DNA from: Eledone cirrhosa
Taxonomy: Eukaryota
Length of the DNA: 64,000 bases
Direction: 5' to 3'
Assembly: GCA_964016885.1 (NCBI GenBank)
Contig: OZ024758.1
Span: 11,904,001-11,968,000, forward strand
Shown: one piece after another, positions 59,047 through 64,000 of the stretch
Layout of the letters: each line of letters opens with the position of its first letter
Position numbering within the stretch: the first letter of the stretch is position 1
Position numbers and translations under genes: made by a program
Notes under the pieces: model-generated
Told to the model about the DNA's origin: nothing
What the model saw: the letters and a program-made list of their open reading frames with translations, nothing else
Database searches by the model: none

Positions 59047-59085
59047 CATGCTTTCATATCATACATATATATAAGTTATGGTATA

Positions 59086-59274
59086 TTGCACTCAGTGCTC
59101 CTTTGGGAGCCCCTACATGGACACACTAGAAGAGGAAGACCAAGGTTAACATATGTTGATGCCCTAAGGACAGACACTGGTCTGTTGGAGATGCAGGATA
59201 TGGCAGCGATAATGAGGGACAGAGACCGCTGGAGAGAACTCGTCCATGGATCTCGGGAATTTTACCCGCCTTAG
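59086..59274 (+). pseudogene. RTE-clade LINE ORF C-terminus (family R1)
   Basis: VLLWEPLHGHTRRGRPRLTYVD...MRDRDRWRELV: typical RTE R-x-RGRP and DR-x-x-WR motifs. Confidence 0.88.
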
Positions 59275-59483
59275 AGATGGTATAACTGAAGTCGTAGACT
59301 AAAATTCTAACTAGGAAACCGAATGATTCTCGGCTTCAGAGTTAAGAATGAAGTAAATTTGAACTAATTCAAAATTCTCTGCATTTCATATTTCATATTT
59401 TGCTACCTTTTTTTAAAAAAGATTTGTTTGTGTTCTTCGTCTATCAATTAGACAAGATATTCTTTAGGATTTATTCTGGAGCA

Positions 59484-60342
<859 letters not shown>

Positions 60343-60441
60343 TAAATTTTCTGACTGACCTTGTAACTTCTAGAAATCCACCTTTCAGATGGGCATTGCG
60401 GAAAAAAATTATATATAATAATACACACACACACACACACG

Positions 60442-60476
<35 letters not shown>

Positions 60477-60478
<2 letters not shown>

Positions 60479-60930
60479 GGAACGAAGACAGGCGAGATAC
60501 GCAGTGATATACATGTGGAAAATCCTGGAGGGACTAGCACCAAACTTTGGATTAGGGAGCTGGAGTAACCCCCGAACAGGACGGCAATGTGTCGTGCCAA
60601 AGGTCCCGTCTTCCACATCTAGAATAAGGAGCAGATATTGCAATAGCCTAGGGTTAAAGGGCCCTTAACTCTTCAACAAGCTGCCGTGGGGTATGAGAGA
60701 TCTGCACGGTCTGGAGGTGAATGTTTTCAAGAAATATCTCGACAATTTGCTATCCAGGATCCCGGATGGTCCCACAGCAAGGCACGAGGGAAACCTAAGG
60801 GCAGCAGCAACGAACTCCCTCTTACACCAGTGGCCAACCAATACAGGCTGGAGATAAAATGTGTAGCAACAAGGGCGGTACCCCAGCATGGCCTCAGCTG
60901 GAACAGGTAAAAGAGTAAAAGACTAAAAGA
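60477..60930 (+). pseudogene. CR1-like LINE ORF2 C-terminus and 3' UTR, one in-frame stop
   Basis: ERRQARYAVIYMWKILEGLAPN...SLGLKGP*LFNKLP...NVFKKYLDNLLSRIPD: (L)ERR, FNxLP and FKxxLD motifs. Confidence 0.85.
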
Positions 60931-60940
60931 GTTTATACAC

Positions 60941-60982
<42 letters not shown>

Positions 60983-61212
60983 GGCTCTCATTGGCCGCTT
61001 CCCCTGATAAATTGTAGTATCATACATTTTAAAATCTCTATAACTGTTACATTAAGCAACGTTTTTCTTACTCACACATTCTCTGTTGAATTTATTACGT
61101 TTTCGTATTTTCTCATTATTAGGGTATAAATGTTAAACTTTCTCTTATGTTAATCACTACCTTAATTAAATCTTAACCATTTAACATCTCAGGGTATATC
61201 ATATATCATTAT

Positions 61213-61266
61213 ATTTTGTCTGATGAGGACGTACTGTTGAACATCCGAAATATGTATAATAAAATG
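61213..61266 (+). ncRNA. Hammerhead (family F-like stem I)
   Basis: ATTTTGT-CTGATGA-GGACGT-ACTGTTGA-ACATCC-GAA-ATATGTAT-A-ATAAAAT. Confidence 0.78.
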
Positions 61267-62491
61267 TAATTGATAAAAAGAAGATCTATTTTATTAATAT
61301 TTGTATTTTTAATATTAATAACTCTGGATAATTTTTTTTTCCCATAGAGTGCTTCCAATCTACTGTAAAACTCATTCTTTGATATACTCATTGAATGTTG
61401 TTTAACTCTTTAATATATATATATATATATATATAATCAAATGACAACGTGTATATGTGTGGAATTGTAGAATCTGTTCTGGTGTGTATTAATGTTTAAA
61501 GCTTTACAACTTATCCGAGGTTTGACAAATTTATAGGCCCATAATTTCACTGCCTCGTGAAACAACATCCACAAACGACAGGCATTCCTGTAATTACTCA
61601 TTACCAATGGTCCCAGTAAATAATTAATTGTTGCTGTCAACGCTTGCTTATGGATGGAAATATGTCAATGTACTTCAGTTGCTTCAAATGCTAAAATATT
61701 GGCCATTCTCTGGAGAGTAAGCAACAGCTAAATGGGACCAACACTCAAATCGAAATCAGTCAGGAAGAATTCTTTTTGAGCCAGAGTGTACCAAAAGCAT
61801 ATATATATTTCTGAAGACGGCATATGTATGTGTTGGTATGTATATTCTATTTGATAGTTTGTATAATTTTGTATAATTTTGTACATAGATCTTTTGAATA
61901 TGCATGCCAATTCTTACACATATATGTCCTAGAAACGATCGTTAAATAATGAACTTTTTTTGTTTAATATAAGGAACTGTTTCATTGTTTTATTCATTAT
62001 TTTTTTAATATTTTATCTTGACTCTGTATTCCGTTTATCTTTCACCGAAAGTGATTTTTGAATGCATCTCTTCTTTCCATGATATCCGGATTACATTGAG
62101 TTCTTCATACGGATTGGACACTACCGTAAAATTTTGGTAGATTTATCTATATATATATATATATTCCTACGCAAGAATCCAAACATGTTTAGGTTTCTAC
62201 ATATAGCTAATTGATATCTTTCATCTTAAATGGGATTTATAACGAATATGGGATATTAAGATGTGGTAAATAACATGATATATTTCATGTGATTTTGAAA
62301 TAGATGCTACCTTGTAGCTATATACTCTGAAGCAATCTCTGTGATGTACACCTCGTCTATGAAAGTTTGATATAAAACTGGAATGTCTGCAATTTAAGGA
62401 AACGTTTCATAAATTTCATAAACATACTAACTACTGAAATATTACACTTTAATATTTTAATATAAAAAGCAATCAAGAGAGAGAGAGAGAG

Positions 62492-62578
<87 letters not shown>

Positions 62579-62846
62579 TAGAAAATAAGTTTCAGACAGA
62601 AATCTAAAAAACGAAAGATGTGAATAGAAAATGTTTTAGAGTTTAGTCAAAGAATTATGTTGGTATTTTGAGAAAATAGCTATTTGTTATATAGAATTGT
62701 CTGGAATATATTTCAGCAGTTGATCATTGTTTGTGTTCCTGTGTAACTTAGAAGGAGGTCTTTATATGACAGCCATTCCATTAGAATTATATTGATTCCA
62801 TGTATCATCCGGATTACTATAACATATATATATATATATGTTTATA

Positions 62847-62970
<124 letters not shown>

Positions 62971-63091
62971 CTTATATGTGTGTATGTATGTATATATATT
63001 ATATATAGATATATATATGTATGTATATATATATATATACATATATATATATCTACATATATATATATATGTATATACACTCACACACACG

Positions 63092-63144
<53 letters not shown>

Positions 63145-63528
63145 ACAGACACACACATATATATATTCTTTTTTTTTACGAATACAAAACAGATTATTTT
63201 TCAGAAAATATTTATCTTCTTTCGATGTTCCGAAAGAATATATCCTTATGTATTCCATTTCGATGAGCATAATAGAAATTATATATAACACATATATACA
63301 TATGCACCGACTCCATATATGCACAAACAAAAATTCGGTAATGTAATTTAGAAATATGCAGCTAACACAGCTTACCCTGTGCAACAATCACAAGAAGTGT
63401 GAATTCTTATATAAACATGTTCGTTTCGTTTTTAATACAACCAAGTTATCTTCAATATCTTATCAATATCTGGTGTCTTTTTTTCCAGTACAAACGTAAG
63501 CATTTACAAACAGAGAGAGAGAGAGAGG

Positions 63529-63605
<77 letters not shown>

Positions 63606-63689
63606 GAGTGAAATACTTTCCTAAACGTGATATGATGGATCATCAAGCAAAAAAAAAATAATAAATAAATAAATGCATTTGGCGATACT

Positions 63690-63952
63690 TCCACGAATTG
63701 AGATATCATAACTCAGAAATGTCTCACGAAAGAATCGGTGGACAGATTTCCCAAGCAAAGCCAGCCGACAGGAGACCCAGAGATAGACTCCTACGAAGAT
63801 GGATGGATAACATCCATGAACTTGGCTGGTCTCGCTTGGGGATGCAGCCGGATCATTTGGAGAAGGTTGCATCTGACAAGACCTGCTGGAAGCAGTGTTT
63901 GAGGACTCTGCTCGCATGACCCTTTCAGGAATAAGTGAGCGAAGAAGTAGTA
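63690..63952 (+). pseudogene. RTE-type LINE C-terminus and 3' end (family R2)
   Basis: MSHERIGGQISQAKPADRRPRDRLLRRWMDNI...ASDKTCWKQ resembles the degenerate RTE RGRP..W.D..DR..W pattern; four further fragments in the window. Confidence 0.75.
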
Positions 63953-64000
63953 GATCATCAAGTGGCGATCTTTAAATCGTGTAGCGTCATTGTGTCACAC

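Overview
AT-rich eukaryotic non-coding DNA, full of (TA)n/(CA)n/(GA)n microsatellites. The SINE and microsatellite landscape suggests an octopod cephalopod (inference). No intact host gene is visible, and nearly all long ORF-track entries are microsatellite artefacts. Real coding remnants are Penelope-like elements (PLEs: RT YVDD + Cys-rich linker + GIY-YIG at 10597-11790, endonuclease fragments at 7780-8238 and 6280-6632) and 3' ends or fragments of RTE, CR1-like and Tx1-like LINEs. There are about 16 copies or fragments of one tRNA-derived SINE. The main signal is a dense set of short insertions inside (TA)n tracts from at least 7 sequence families. They carry about 20 hand-folded type-I hammerhead ribozyme motifs, including U3-A8 and A13C core variants and long stem-II forms. 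Most share one architecture: two oppositely oriented copies of the element 3' end, one stopping at a fixed 'inner' site and one at a fixed 'outer' site 60-100 nt further on. This yields palindromic insertions from 53 bp to 1.8 kb. All coordinates and folds were read by eye and may be off by a few bases.
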